A DNA stretch of 64,000 nt, taken from Chloroflexota bacterium. Lineage in GTDB: Bacteria > Chloroflexota > Dehalococcoidia > UBA2979. The stretch spans positions 51,951 through 115,950 of the forward strand of contig BTUI01000009.1 in the NCBI GenBank assembly GCA_045863195.1, read 5' to 3'. Numbering within the stretch: the first letter of the stretch is position 1; each line of letters opens with the position of its first letter. This document shows, piece after piece, positions 29,590 through 38,596 of the stretch. The position numbers and the translations under genes are program-made. Below the pieces are notes generated by a model. The model ran no database searches. It was given only the letters and a program-made list of their open reading frames with translations, and was not told the origin of the DNA.

Positions 29590-31152
29590 CTACGCCGGGC
29601 GGCCGGCGTCCTTGCGGAAGACGATGTGGCGACGCCACGCCTCGCGCGGCTCCGGGAAGTCGGTGCGGTAGTGCGCCCCGCGCGATTCCTCGCGCATCAA
29701 CGCGGCCTCCGAGGCCAGTCGAGCGCAGGTGATGATCGAGCGCAACTCGTAGCCCTCGCGGTCGGTCGGGCGGGGGACGGAGGCGGCCCAGCGGCGGAGC
29801 GTGGCGACGGCGCGCGTGAGGCTCTCCGCGCTCCGCACGATGCCCACGTCCTGCCACATCAGTTCCTTCACCTCGGCGGCCTGGGGGACGTGCCCGTCCG
29901 GCGTGAGCGGGAGCAGTTCGATGGCGTCTGCGGACCGGACAGGTGGCGGCGGGACGGGCTGGGGCGGGTTCAGCAGGCGCTCCACGGCCCGGTGCGCGAA
30001 CACGATCGTCTCGAGGAGCGAGTTGCTCGCGAGGCGGTTCGCGCCGTGGACGCCCGTGCAGGCCGCCTCGCCCACCACGTAGAGGCCGGGCAGCGTCGTC
30101 TCGCCCCAGGTGTTCGTGCGCACGCCACCCATCGTGTAGTGCGCGGCCGGTGAGACGGGCACGCGGTCGCGCGCCATGTCCAGGCCCGCTTCGAGGCACT
30201 TCGCGTAGATCTGAGGGAAGCGCGCGGCCAGCCAGCCCTCGTCGCGGTCGGTGATGTCCAGCAGGACGTGGTCCGCGCCCGTCTCCGCCATCTCACGCAC
30301 GGCGGCGCGCGCGACCACATCGCGCGGGGCGAGTTCGGCGCGCTCGCGGTCGTACTTCGTCATGAAGCGCTCGCCGCGCGTGTTGAAGAGCAGCGCGCCC
30401 TCACCGCGCACCGCCTCCGAGATCAGGAACACCGGCCTCCCCGGGATCACGAGGGCGGTCGGGTGGAATTGCGTGAACTCCATGTCCACGACCTCCGCGC
30501 CCGCCTCGTAGGCGATCGCGACACCGTCGCCGGTCGAGATCGGAGGGTTCGTGGTGGTGCGGTAGATCTGGCCCGCTCCGCCGGTGGCGAGGACGACCGT
30601 GCGCGCGGTGAAGATGCGGTGCTCGCCCGTGGTGCGCGTGAACACCTCCACGCCCGCGATCCGCCCGTCCTCCACCAGCAGCCGGTCCGCGAGGGTGTGT
30701 TCGAGGATCACGACCTCGCGCTGGGCGAGTGAGGAGAGCGAGAGTTCGATCTCCAGCCCGGTCGCGTCGCCGCGTGCGTGCAGGATGCGGGAGCGCGAAT
30801 GCGCCGCCTCGCGGCCCAGAGACACCTCGCCGTTCGTCGAGTCGAACTGCACCCCGTAGCGCACGAGGTCGGCGATGCGGTCGGCAGCCTCCTCCACGAG
30901 GATGCGCGCCGCCTCCTCGTTCACCAGGCCGGCGCCGGCCTCGATCGTGTCGTTGAGGTGGAAGGCGGGCGAGTCGCCGTCCCCGACGGCGGCGGCGATA
31001 CCGCCCTGGGCGTAGCGGGTGCTCGCCTCGCCGATGCCGGCCTTGGTGACGACGAGGACGCTGGCGCCCGACTCCTTCGCCTGGATCGCCGCGTACAGCC
31101 CGGCGATGCCGGAGCCGACGACGATGAGGTCGTAGTCGGAACGGCTGGTCAT
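29590..31152 (-). CDS. nadB: L-aspartate oxidase
   Basis: DLIVVGSGIAGL FAD motif; ..RYAQGGIAA..; 520 aa. Confidence 0.9.
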   Translation of the reverse strand: MTSRSDYDLIVVGSGIAGLYAAIQAKESGASVLVVTKAGIGEASTRYAQGGIAAAVGDGDSPAFHLNDTIEAGAGLVNEEAARILVEEAADRIADLVRYGVQFDSTNGEVSLGREAAHSRSRILHARGDATGLEIELSLSSLAQREVVILEHTLADRLLVEDGRIAGVEVFTRTTGEHRIFTARTVVLATGGAGQIYRTTTNPPISTGDGVAIAYEAGAEVVDMEFTQFHPTALVIPGRPVFLISEAVRGEGALLFNTRGERFMTKYDRERAELAPRDVVARAAVREMAETGADHVLLDITDRDEGWLAARFPQIYAKCLEAGLDMARDRVPVSPAAHYTMGGVRTNTWGETTLPGLYVVGEAACTGVHGANRLASNSLLETIVFAHRAVERLLNPPQPVPPPPVRSADAIELLPLTPDGHVPQAAEVKELMWQDVGIVRSAESLTRAVATLRRWAASVPRPTDREGYELRSIITCARLASEAALMREESRGAHYRTDFPEPREAWRRHIVFRKDAGRPA

Positions 31153-31607
31153 GACCGCTCGGTCCGTGCCGGTTCGGCCTCGAACACCTCGACCTCGGCC
31201 TCGAACGACTGAATGGCGCGCACGATGGCGTCCCAGTCGGCCGGCGTCTCCGGGCGGCCCGTGCTCGCGTTCAGGTAGGCGTAGCGGTGTGTGAACTGTG
31301 CCACCGTGCGGCCGTCGCTCGCCGCCAGCACCTCGCAGGCGAAGGTGAGGCGGCCCGGCCGCACCTCGGTGCAGCGGAGGCGCACGACCGCCGCGTCATC
31401 CCAGCGCAGCGGCGAGCGGTAGCGCACCTCGGACGAGACCTGGAAGCGCAGGACGTCGCGGTGGCTGGGGATGCCGGCCTCGCGGTCGTACGCGTCGAGG
31501 GCGATCTCGGTGAGCGCCAGCAGCACGCCGCCGTGCACGAACGGGGTGCCGCCGAAGGAGTCGGTGTGGCGGAGGGGGTAGCGCCCCTCGAAGCGGAACT
31601 CGGGCAT
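31149..31607 (-). CDS. hotdog-fold acyl-CoA thioesterase (4HBT/YbgC-like) embedded in the nad operon
   Basis: ..FVHGGVLLALTEIAL..; 152 aa. ATGA overlap with nadB. Confidence 0.6.
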   Translation of the reverse strand: MPEFRFEGRYPLRHTDSFGGTPFVHGGVLLALTEIALDAYDREAGIPSHRDVLRFQVSSEVRYRSPLRWDDAAVVRLRCTEVRPGRLTFACEVLAASDGRTVAQFTHRYAYLNASTGRPETPADWDAIVRAIQSFEAEVEVFEAEPARTERS

Positions 31608-31647
31608 GGCCGTCCTCGACCGGTGGTGGGGTGGGTGAGGTCGCGGA

Positions 31648-32865
31648 CTACTTCAGCGCGAGCATCCGGTCGAGCGCGACCTTCGCGTCCCGGCGGTGGT
31701 GCTCCGGCACCTGCAGCCGGTTCACCACGTGCCCCTCCACGAGTGCCTCCAGCACCCACGCGAGGTAGGCGGGGTGGACGCGGTACATCGTGCTGCACGG
31801 GCAGACGACGGGGTCCAGGCAGAACACGGTCTTGTCCGGGTGCTCCTTCGCCAGGCGGGAGACCAGGTTGATCTCCGTGCCCACGCCGATCACGGAGCCC
31901 GGCGGCGCCTGCTCGATGTACTTCACGATGTAGCCGGTGGAGCCGTTCGCGTCCGCCGCCTGCACCACGTCATACCGGCACTCCGGGTGGACGACGATCT
32001 TTACGTCCGGGTTGGCGGCGCGGGCCTGCTCGATCTGCTGCACCGTGAAGCGCTGGTGCACGGAGCAGTGGCCCTGCCACAGGATGATGCGGGAGCGCTC
32101 CAGCGCCTCGGCGGACGCGCCGCCGAGGTTCCCGGCGGGCATCCGCCAGTTCCAGAGCACCATCTCCTCCAGCGGGATGCCCATCGCGTGGCCGGTGTTA
32201 CGGCCCAGGTGCTGGTCCGGGAAGAAGAAGACGCGCTTGCCGCGCTCGAACGCCCAGTCCAGCACCTTGGTCGCGTTGGAGGAGGTACAGACCACGCCGC
32301 CGTTGGCCCCGCAGAACGCCTTCAGGCTGGCGGCGGAGTTCATATAGGTGACGGGGATGACGTCCTCGGTGGTGCCGAAGAACTCCTTGAGTTCCGCCCA
32401 GGCGCGGTGGACATCCGGCTCGGCGGCCATGTCCGCCATCGAACAGCCGGCGGCCATGTTCGGCAGGATCACCTGCTGGTGGTCGGCGCGGAGCACGTCC
32501 GCGGCCTCCGCCATGAAGTGCACGCCACAGAATACGATGAACTCGGACTCGCCCCGGTTCGCGGCGTACTGCGCCAGCTGGAAGGAGTCCCCGCGCTCGT
32601 CCGCGAAGGCGATGATGTCCTCGCGCTGGTAGTGGTGGCCGAGGATCACGACCCGCTCGCCGAGCGTGGCCCGCGCAGCGTGGATCCGCCGCGTCAGTTC
32701 GTCCGCGCCGAGGTCCATGTACGCCTCGGGGATGTCGTTCTGCCAGGAGCGGAACGCGACCTCCTCGCTCAGCGGGATGGTGGCGATGCCGGTGTCGGTC
32801 TCGCACTGCAACTGGGCGATGGGGTAGCGGTCCGCCGTGAGGGCGATGGTGCTGCTCGGTGCCAT
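31648..32865 (-). CDS. nadA: quinolinate synthase NadA (long type)
   Basis: ..VVILGHHYQ..FCGVHFMAE..VVHPEC.. with Cys ligands. GAGGTGG RBS before the ATG at 32865. The track ORF is 27 codons longer. Confidence 0.9.
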   Translation of the reverse strand: MAPSSTIALTADRYPIAQLQCETDTGIATIPLSEEVAFRSWQNDIPEAYMDLGADELTRRIHAARATLGERVVILGHHYQREDIIAFADERGDSFQLAQYAANRGESEFIVFCGVHFMAEAADVLRADHQQVILPNMAAGCSMADMAAEPDVHRAWAELKEFFGTTEDVIPVTYMNSAASLKAFCGANGGVVCTSSNATKVLDWAFERGKRVFFFPDQHLGRNTGHAMGIPLEEMVLWNWRMPAGNLGGASAEALERSRIILWQGHCSVHQRFTVQQIEQARAANPDVKIVVHPECRYDVVQAADANGSTGYIVKYIEQAPPGSVIGVGTEINLVSRLAKEHPDKTVFCLDPVVCPCSTMYRVHPAYLAWVLEALVEGHVVNRLQVPEHHRRDAKVALDRMLALK

Positions 32866-32926
32866 GTGCCACCTCGGAGGGGACGGCGCGCGGGATGCTC
32901 GGACGGGCAGGCGCTGCGCGGTCGAC

Positions 32927-32954
32927 TTTGCGTATCTAGTACGCAAACTGGTTT
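32927..32954. promoter_or_regulatory. AT-rich 21-bp palindrome TTTGCGTA-TCTAG-TACGCAAA plus overlapping CAAAC-TG-GTTTG dyad upstream of nadA (candidate NrtR operator)
   Basis: Perfect 8-bp arms, 70-90 nt upstream of the nadA ATG, in an otherwise GC-rich spacer. The only copy in the window. Confidence 0.5.
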
Positions 32955-32985
32955 GTGTTCACCTTACGCTCAGCCCCCGGGGGTG

Positions 32986-34308
32986 TCAACGCGCGCCCGG
33001 CGTCTCCTCGGGCGGTGCGGGCGGCGGCAACGGACGTGCGAGGAGCACGACCGCCGCGGCGACGAGCGTGATGCTGGCGGTGATGGTGAAGGAGGTGGTG
33101 TAGGAGCCGGTGCGGTCGTCCAGCAGGCCGATCGCGAACGGCCCGAAGCCGGACGACATCTGCCCGACCATGCTGATGATCCCGAACACCGCGCCGAACG
33201 ACACCACGCCGTAGATCTCGCTCACCAGCAACGACTGCATCATGTAGACGTTCCCAATGGTCATGCCGAAGAGCAGGATGAACAGGTAGGTCGCCCACGC
33301 GCTCTCCACGCGCAGCACCAGCAAGACCGCGACCGCCTGCACCACGAACACGCCCACCGTCAGCCAGCGCTTGTCCATCTCGTCCGCCACCACCCCCATC
33401 GCCAGCCGCGCGACGATGCTGCCGAACGCGGTGATCGAGAGCGCCCGCGCCGCCGCGCTCTGCGAGCCGAGGCGCTCCTCCAGGAACGCGATCTGGTGGA
33501 TGACGAACCCTGTCTGCGCCATCAGCACGAGCGCGAACGCCACGATGATCGCCCAGAACGGCACCGTCGCCATCGCCTGCCGGAGCGTCCACTTGCGTCG
33601 CTGGGTCGCCTCGCCCAGCGCGGAGTTCTGAGGGCGCTTCGCGAGCGCCTCCTCCTCGCTGCGGTCGCCGTCCGGGAGCATCCCCACGTCCCGCGGGTCG
33701 AAGACGAGCACCCAGATCACGATCGGGATCGTCACGAGGAACACCAGCGAGCCGAGCACCGGGGTGGCGAGCGCGAGCCCGCCCCGTTCCACGAGCGCGG
33801 CGCCGAGCGGCGCGAGGATCACACCACCCCAGGAGACGCCGGTGCTGGAGACGCTCATCGCCCGCGCGCGGCGGCGGATAAACCAGCGCGACATGATCGC
33901 GTTGATCGCCACGCCGGAGGCGAACCCGGAGCCGAGCGCGAGCGTGATGTAGACCGCGTACAACTGCCACAACGCGTCCACGTACCCGACCGAGGCAGCC
34001 GTGATGCCGATCAGCGTGAAGCCGATCAACTGGAACCGCTTCGGCCCGTACTTGTCGATCTGCGGGCCGATCAGCGCCGTCCACACCCCCGACATCACGA
34101 AGTACATCGAGGTCGCGCCGGAGACGGCCGCGTTCGACCAGCCGTGCTCCTCCTGTAGCGGCTTCAGGAACACCGCCAGGCCGTAGTAGCCGACCCCCGC
34201 CGTCACCATCCCCATCACCGCCGCCGCCACGGCGATGTTCCAGCCGTAGAAGTAGCGCTTCGGCAGCAACCGCACGCCGAGGGGGAGGCGGGACGGGGCG
34301 ACGCTCAC
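32986..34308 (-). CDS. MFS transporter (possible NiaP-like niacin/NAD-precursor permease by context)
   Basis: 12-TM MFS topology. The GTG start forms a GTGA overlap with the LLM gene stop. The 715-aa track ORF is a read-through artefact. Confidence 0.7.
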   Translation of the reverse strand: MSVAPSRLPLGVRLLPKRYFYGWNIAVAAAVMGMVTAGVGYYGLAVFLKPLQEEHGWSNAAVSGATSMYFVMSGVWTALIGPQIDKYGPKRFQLIGFTLIGITAASVGYVDALWQLYAVYITLALGSGFASGVAINAIMSRWFIRRRARAMSVSSTGVSWGGVILAPLGAALVERGGLALATPVLGSLVFLVTIPIVIWVLVFDPRDVGMLPDGDRSEEEALAKRPQNSALGEATQRRKWTLRQAMATVPFWAIIVAFALVLMAQTGFVIHQIAFLEERLGSQSAAARALSITAFGSIVARLAMGVVADEMDKRWLTVGVFVVQAVAVLLVLRVESAWATYLFILLFGMTIGNVYMMQSLLVSEIYGVVSFGAVFGIISMVGQMSSGFGPFAIGLLDDRTGSYTTSFTITASITLVAAAVVLLARPLPPPAPPEETPGAR

Positions 34309-35234
34309 CGGGCACCGCCGTGTCGCGCCTGCAGCGCGGGGATGACGTCTGTCGCCACGCGCGTGAGTTGCATCAGCCGGTCGCCGCCGGCGAAGACGAT
34401 GTTGATGTGACGGACGCCCGCATCGATGAACTCGCCGAGGCGCTCCATCCACATGCCGGCGTCGCCGTAGACCGTGTACCGCTCGAAGCGGTCGAACGGG
34501 ACGCGATAGGTGCTCTCGATGCGGGCCGCGATCGTCGGCAGCGCCTCGGCGAGGTCGTCGTCGAACTGGCCCCACAACTGCAACGCTGGGCGGATGGCGT
34601 CCGGGTCGCGGCCGAGGGCGGCCGCCTGCTCGCGCACGTTCGCCCAGCCCTCCGCGAACCGCTCCGGGGTGATGACGAAGGGCATCCAGGCGTCGCCGTA
34701 CCGCGCCGCGCGGCGCTGCGCCGCCGGAGCGCGGCCGCCGACCCACACGGGGATGCGCGGCTCCGGCACCAGGTCCAGGCGCGCCTCGGTCACGTCGATC
34801 TGGCGATTGTGGAGCGTGACCGGCTCGCCCGACCAGAGCGCGGCGAGCGCCTCCAGCGTCTCGTCCAGCGCGCGCCCGCGCTCCGCCAGCGGCACCCCAG
34901 ACGCCTCGAACTCCTTCGCGTACTCGCCGCCGACGCCGACGCCGAGGCGGAAGCGGCCGCCGGACATCCACTGGAGCGTCGCCGTCTCCTTCGCGAGCGG
35001 CGCGGGGCGGCGCAGCGCCGCCAGCAGCACACCCGTGCCGAGGCCGATCCGCTCGGTCACGGCGCTGGCGGCGGCCAGCATCGTGAGCGGCGCCGGCCAG
35101 AAGACCGGCCAGAGCACGTGGTCGCCGACCCACGCGGAGTCGTACCCCAGCGCCTCCGCCGTCTGCACGGCGGCGAGGAACTCCTGCGGGGTGCTACCGC
35201 CCGGGAGGACGCCAAAGGTGAGGTCGTGAGGCAT
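34305..35234 (-). CDS. LLM-class (luciferase-like) F420/flavin-dependent oxidoreductase
   Basis: ..LGYDSAWVGDH.. TIM-barrel LLM signature; 309 aa. Confidence 0.75.
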   Translation of the reverse strand: MPHDLTFGVLPGGSTPQEFLAAVQTAEALGYDSAWVGDHVLWPVFWPAPLTMLAAASAVTERIGLGTGVLLAALRRPAPLAKETATLQWMSGGRFRLGVGVGGEYAKEFEASGVPLAERGRALDETLEALAALWSGEPVTLHNRQIDVTEARLDLVPEPRIPVWVGGRAPAAQRRAARYGDAWMPFVITPERFAEGWANVREQAAALGRDPDAIRPALQLWGQFDDDLAEALPTIAARIESTYRVPFDRFERYTVYGDAGMWMERLGEFIDAGVRHINIVFAGGDRLMQLTRVATDVIPALQARHGGAR

Positions 35235-35272
35235 CGCGCGAGTCTACCGGACGCCGGTCAACCGTGGCCCGG

Positions 35273-35944
35273 CTACAGGAAGACGGGCTCGCGGCTGGCG
35301 AAGCGGTAGAGCGTGGCGGGGCGGTGCGCGCCTTCGCGCCGGGTTTCCCCGGTCGCCTCGATCAGTCCGGTGGAGAGCATGCGCTTGCGGAAGTTGCGGC
35401 GGTCCAGGTCTTCGCGCAGCACCGCCTCGTACGCGGTCTGGAGTTCGCGCAGCGTGAACTGCTCCGGCAGCAGGCCGTAGGCGATGTTGGTGTAGTCCAG
35501 TTTCGCGCCCACGCGCCGCACGGCCTGGTCGATCACGCGGTTGTTGTCGAACGCAAGCGGAGGGAGGTCGTCCACCGCGTGCCACGCCGGCCGCCACGCC
35601 TCCTCCTGCCGCAGCCGCACCTTCGCCGCCTCCACCAGCGCGAAGTAGGCGACCGCCACCGAGGGCTGCCGGGGGTCGAGGCCGGAGGTCGTGAACAGCT
35701 GCTCGAGGTACAGGTCTGCCACGCCGGTCTCCCGCACCAGGTTGCGGTGCGCGGCCTGCTCCAGCGACTCGTCGCCGCGCCAGCGGCCGCCGGGGAGCGC
35801 CCAGCGCTCCCGCTCCGGCTCCGCGGAGCGGTGCACGAGCAGCACCTGCAGCCGCTCTCCGATCACCGCGAGGATGACGACGATCGTCGCGACCACGGGC
35901 GTGCCGTCAGGGCCGTCGGGCGAAGTGCGGCGGGCGGGTGCCAT
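35273..35944 (-). CDS. nrtR: Nudix-domain transcriptional regulator, NrtR-like (Nudix + C-terminal winged HTH)
   Basis: Degenerate Nudix box LPGGRWRGDESLEQAAHRNLVRETGV. C-terminus ..FTLRELQTAYEAVLREDLDRRNFRKRMLSTGLIEATGE..RPATLYRF matches the NrtR DNA-binding domain as I remember it. Confidence 0.6.
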   Translation of the reverse strand: MAPARRTSPDGPDGTPVVATIVVILAVIGERLQVLLVHRSAEPERERWALPGGRWRGDESLEQAAHRNLVRETGVADLYLEQLFTTSGLDPRQPSVAVAYFALVEAAKVRLRQEEAWRPAWHAVDDLPPLAFDNNRVIDQAVRRVGAKLDYTNIAYGLLPEQFTLRELQTAYEAVLREDLDRRNFRKRMLSTGLIEATGETRREGAHRPATLYRFASREPVFL

Positions 35945-35968
35945 GCGTCGAGGGTAGCGGAGCGGCCG

Positions 35969-37285
35969 CTACAGGACGGCGAGCGCCAGGTCGCCGGCCA
36001 GGTGGCCCTGCAGCGACCATGGCGTGACCTGCGAGATGGTCACGTCCACCAGTTCGCCCAGCCGGCCGCGCCCGTCGAAGTGGACGATCTGGCCGCGGCG
36101 CGTGCGCCCGCTGGCGCGACCCTCCTCCTCGCGCTCCACGAGCACCTCCACGGTGCGCCCGAGGAGCGCCTGGTTGATGCGGTCGGAGGAGGCGCGGTGG
36201 ATGCCTTCGACCACCTGCAGGCGCTGCTTCTTCACCTCGGCAGGCACGTCGTCCGCGAGGTGGCGGGAGGCGTAGGTGCCGGGGCGCGGCGAGTAGGCCG
36301 CCACGTGCACCGTGTCGAACTGGATGCGCTCCAGGAGGTCCACGGTCGCCTGGAACTCCGCCTCCGTCTCGCCGGGGCACCCGACGATGACGTCCGTGAC
36401 GATCGCCGCGTCCGGCATCCGGCTGCGGATGCGCGCCACGCGATCCTCGAAGTCCGCCACGGTGTATCCGCGGCGCATCCGCTCCAGCATGGAGTCGGAG
36501 CCGGACTGCACCGGGATGTTGAAGTACTCGCACACCTTCGGCTGGTCGGCCACGGCGTCGATGATGCGGTCGGTCATGTCCTTCGGGTAGGAGGTCAGGA
36601 AGCGGACGCGCGTGATCCCGTCGATCGCGTCGATGCCCTCGAACAGCGTCGCGAGGTCGGGGCGGTCTGGCAGGTCGTGGCCGTACGCCTCCACGGTCTG
36701 GCCGAGGAGCGTGATCTCGCGCACGCCGTGCCCGGCGAGGAACCGCACCTCGTCCAGGATGTCGGCGGCGGGTCGGGACGCCTCGCGTCCGCGGCGGAGC
36801 GGGACGATGCAGTAGGTGCAGAACTTGTCGCAGCCGTGGATCACCGGCACGTATGCCGTGGGGCCGGTCGGTAGGCCGTAGGTGTTGCGCATCCCGCCAC
36901 CGACGAGCGCGCCGAGTTCGCCGCCGGACACGTCCCGCGCCTCGGCGGCCATCGAGAGGATGCCGTCGAACTCCTGAGGGCGGGCCCACACGTCCACGTA
37001 CGGGAAGCGCTTGCGGAGGTCGTCCGTCTTCGGGCCGACCATGCAGCCCATCACCACGATCTTCTGCTGTGCGCCCTCGGTGCGGCGCTTCCGCAGGATG
37101 CCGAGGCGGGAGTAGGCGCGGTCCTCCGCGTGCTGGCGGACGGAGCAGGTGTTGATCACCACCACGTCCGCCTCCGTGTCCTCGTCCACGGCGCGGTAGC
37201 CCAGCCGCTCCAGGCCGGCGGCGAGTTTGAGGGAGTCGGCCTGGTTCATCTGGCAGCCAAGCGTCCAGATGTGGAAGGTGGACAC
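35969..37285 (-). CDS. miaB: tRNA methylthiotransferase MiaB (radical SAM, TRAM domain)
   Basis: ..WTLGCQMNQADS.. and CTYCIVP radical-SAM cluster; 438 aa. Confidence 0.85.
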   Translation of the reverse strand: MSTFHIWTLGCQMNQADSLKLAAGLERLGYRAVDEDTEADVVVINTCSVRQHAEDRAYSRLGILRKRRTEGAQQKIVVMGCMVGPKTDDLRKRFPYVDVWARPQEFDGILSMAAEARDVSGGELGALVGGGMRNTYGLPTGPTAYVPVIHGCDKFCTYCIVPLRRGREASRPAADILDEVRFLAGHGVREITLLGQTVEAYGHDLPDRPDLATLFEGIDAIDGITRVRFLTSYPKDMTDRIIDAVADQPKVCEYFNIPVQSGSDSMLERMRRGYTVADFEDRVARIRSRMPDAAIVTDVIVGCPGETEAEFQATVDLLERIQFDTVHVAAYSPRPGTYASRHLADDVPAEVKKQRLQVVEGIHRASSDRINQALLGRTVEVLVEREEEGRASGRTRRGQIVHFDGRGRLGELVDVTISQVTPWSLQGHLAGDLALAVL

Positions 37286-37355
37286 GGTGCGTGCTCCCTG
37301 CTGCGGGGTGGTCGCCCGCGGTCGGCCTCCGGGGTGGTCTACCCGGGCGGCCTGG

Positions 37356-37447
37356 TGGCGGAGGGGGAGGGATTCGAACCCTCGGTCCCGGAAACCCGAG
37401 ACAAGCGCTTAGCAGGCGCCCGCACTAGACCACTATGCGACCCCTCC
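37356..37447 (-). tRNA. tRNA-Ser (anticodon GCU), long variable arm, CCA encoded
   Basis: Manual fold: acceptor GGAGGGG/CCCCUCC, anticodon stem GGCGC/GCGCU, loop CUGCUAA, 6-bp variable-arm stem, T-arm GAGGG-UUCGAAU-CCCUC. Confidence 0.85.
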
Positions 37448-37498
37448 AGAGCCGGATCGTGATCGTAGGCGGGCGTCCCACCCGCGGGCAATCGAGGG

Positions 37499-37852
37499 CT
37501 ACCCCCCCGCCGGCGGTGACGGCGTGTCGTCCGCCGTCCCCGGTTCGAACTCCTCGACGACCACGACCACCCGCGGCGCGCCGGAGCGCCACGCGGCACG
37601 GCCGAGGACGTAGCCGCTGATCGGCGCGGTGAGCAGGAAGAAGGCGATCCCGGCGATGGCGCGCGACGCCACGGCGGTGTCGCGCGAGGCGATCGCCGCG
37701 GCCCCGAGGACGACCGCCGCGCCGAGCGTGACCGCCTTCCCCGTGGCCGAGAGACGCCCGAAGGAGTCCGGCATCCGGAACAGCGCCAGCGCCGCCAGCA
37801 GCAAGAACGACGCGCCGAGGAGCGCGACCAGCGCGGCGATCAGGTCAATCAT
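37499..37852 (-). CDS. mrpG: Na+/H+ antiporter subunit G
   Basis: 117 aa, 3 TM, MrpG/MnhG-like. Confidence 0.8.
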   Translation of the reverse strand: MIDLIAALVALLGASFLLLAALALFRMPDSFGRLSATGKAVTLGAAVVLGAAAIASRDTAVASRAIAGIAFFLLTAPISGYVLGRAAWRSGAPRVVVVVEEFEPGTADDTPSPPAGG

Positions 37853-38123
37853 CGGGACGCCTCCGCTCCACGAAGGAGGCGAACGCCACCGTCCCGCAGA
37901 ACGCGACGAGGGCCACCGCCAGCGCCACGTCCAGCATGGTGGGGTCGTCGTTCTCCAGCGCCATCAGCGCCGCCCCCGCGACCGTCACCGCGGCGATCAC
38001 CTCGAGCGCGATCACCCGGTCGAGGAGGCTCTTCGCCTTCAGCAGGAACGCGACCGACCCCAGCAGCGCGGCCACCGTCACCGCCTCCACCGCGATCAGG
38101 AGGGCGTCCGTGATCGCGGTCAT
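37845..38123 (-). CDS. mrpF: Na+/H+ antiporter subunit F
   Basis: 92 aa, 3 TM. Confidence 0.8.
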   Translation of the reverse strand: MTAITDALLIAVEAVTVAALLGSVAFLLKAKSLLDRVIALEVIAAVTVAGAALMALENDDPTMLDVALAVALVAFCGTVAFASFVERRRPDD

Positions 38124-38596
38124 CGCACCGCCTCCAGCACCCGCCGCACGATGCCGTTCTGGATCTCGCTCCGGGCTGCCTCCACGTCCCCGTCCGGCAG
38201 GTTCGTCAGATGCACCACCATCGCGCCGTCACGGGCGACCTCGAGCACGGTCGATCCGGGCGTCACGGTGATGAACGCGACCACGAGCACGCGCTCCAGG
38301 TCCGTCCGTGCGTCGGTGGGGAGGACGATGATCGCGGAGTGCAGTCGCGTCCCCCGGACCAGGTCACGCGTGACGCGCAGGTTGGCCCGCCACACGTCCA
38401 TGAGGAAGAACGCCGCCAGCGCGAGGATCGTCCAGGTCCGCCGGGAGTAGCCGGGCACGCCCGGCACGCTCCGCACGAGCGAGAGCGCGACGAAGCCGGC
38501 CACGAGCCCCGCGCCGAAGTTGAGCGGGGTGAACGATCCGGTGATCGCCGTCCACAGCAGGGCCAGCAGGATGTTGGCGATCGCGGCGTTGTTCAT
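38120..38596 (-). CDS. mrpE: Na+/H+ antiporter subunit E
   Basis: MNNAAIANILLALLWTAI..; 158 aa. ATGA overlap with mrpD. Confidence 0.8.
   Translation of the reverse strand: MNNAAIANILLALLWTAITGSFTPLNFGAGLVAGFVALSLVRSVPGVPGYSRRTWTILALAAFFLMDVWRANLRVTRDLVRGTRLHSAIIVLPTDARTDLERVLVVAFITVTPGSTVLEVARDGAMVVHLTNLPDGDVEAARSEIQNGIVRRVLEAVR

Noticed and set aside
32971-32985. CCCCCGGGGG palindrome after the MFS stop
   Set aside because: A 5-bp stem with no loop is too trivial to call a terminator. The adjacent AT-rich dyad is the more credible element.
32986-35133. 715-aa minus-strand ORF spanning the MFS and LLM genes
   Set aside because: The N-terminal 275 residues are an off-frame read-through of the LLM gene. 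The MFS homology begins at a GTG that forms a GTGA overlap with the LLM stop.
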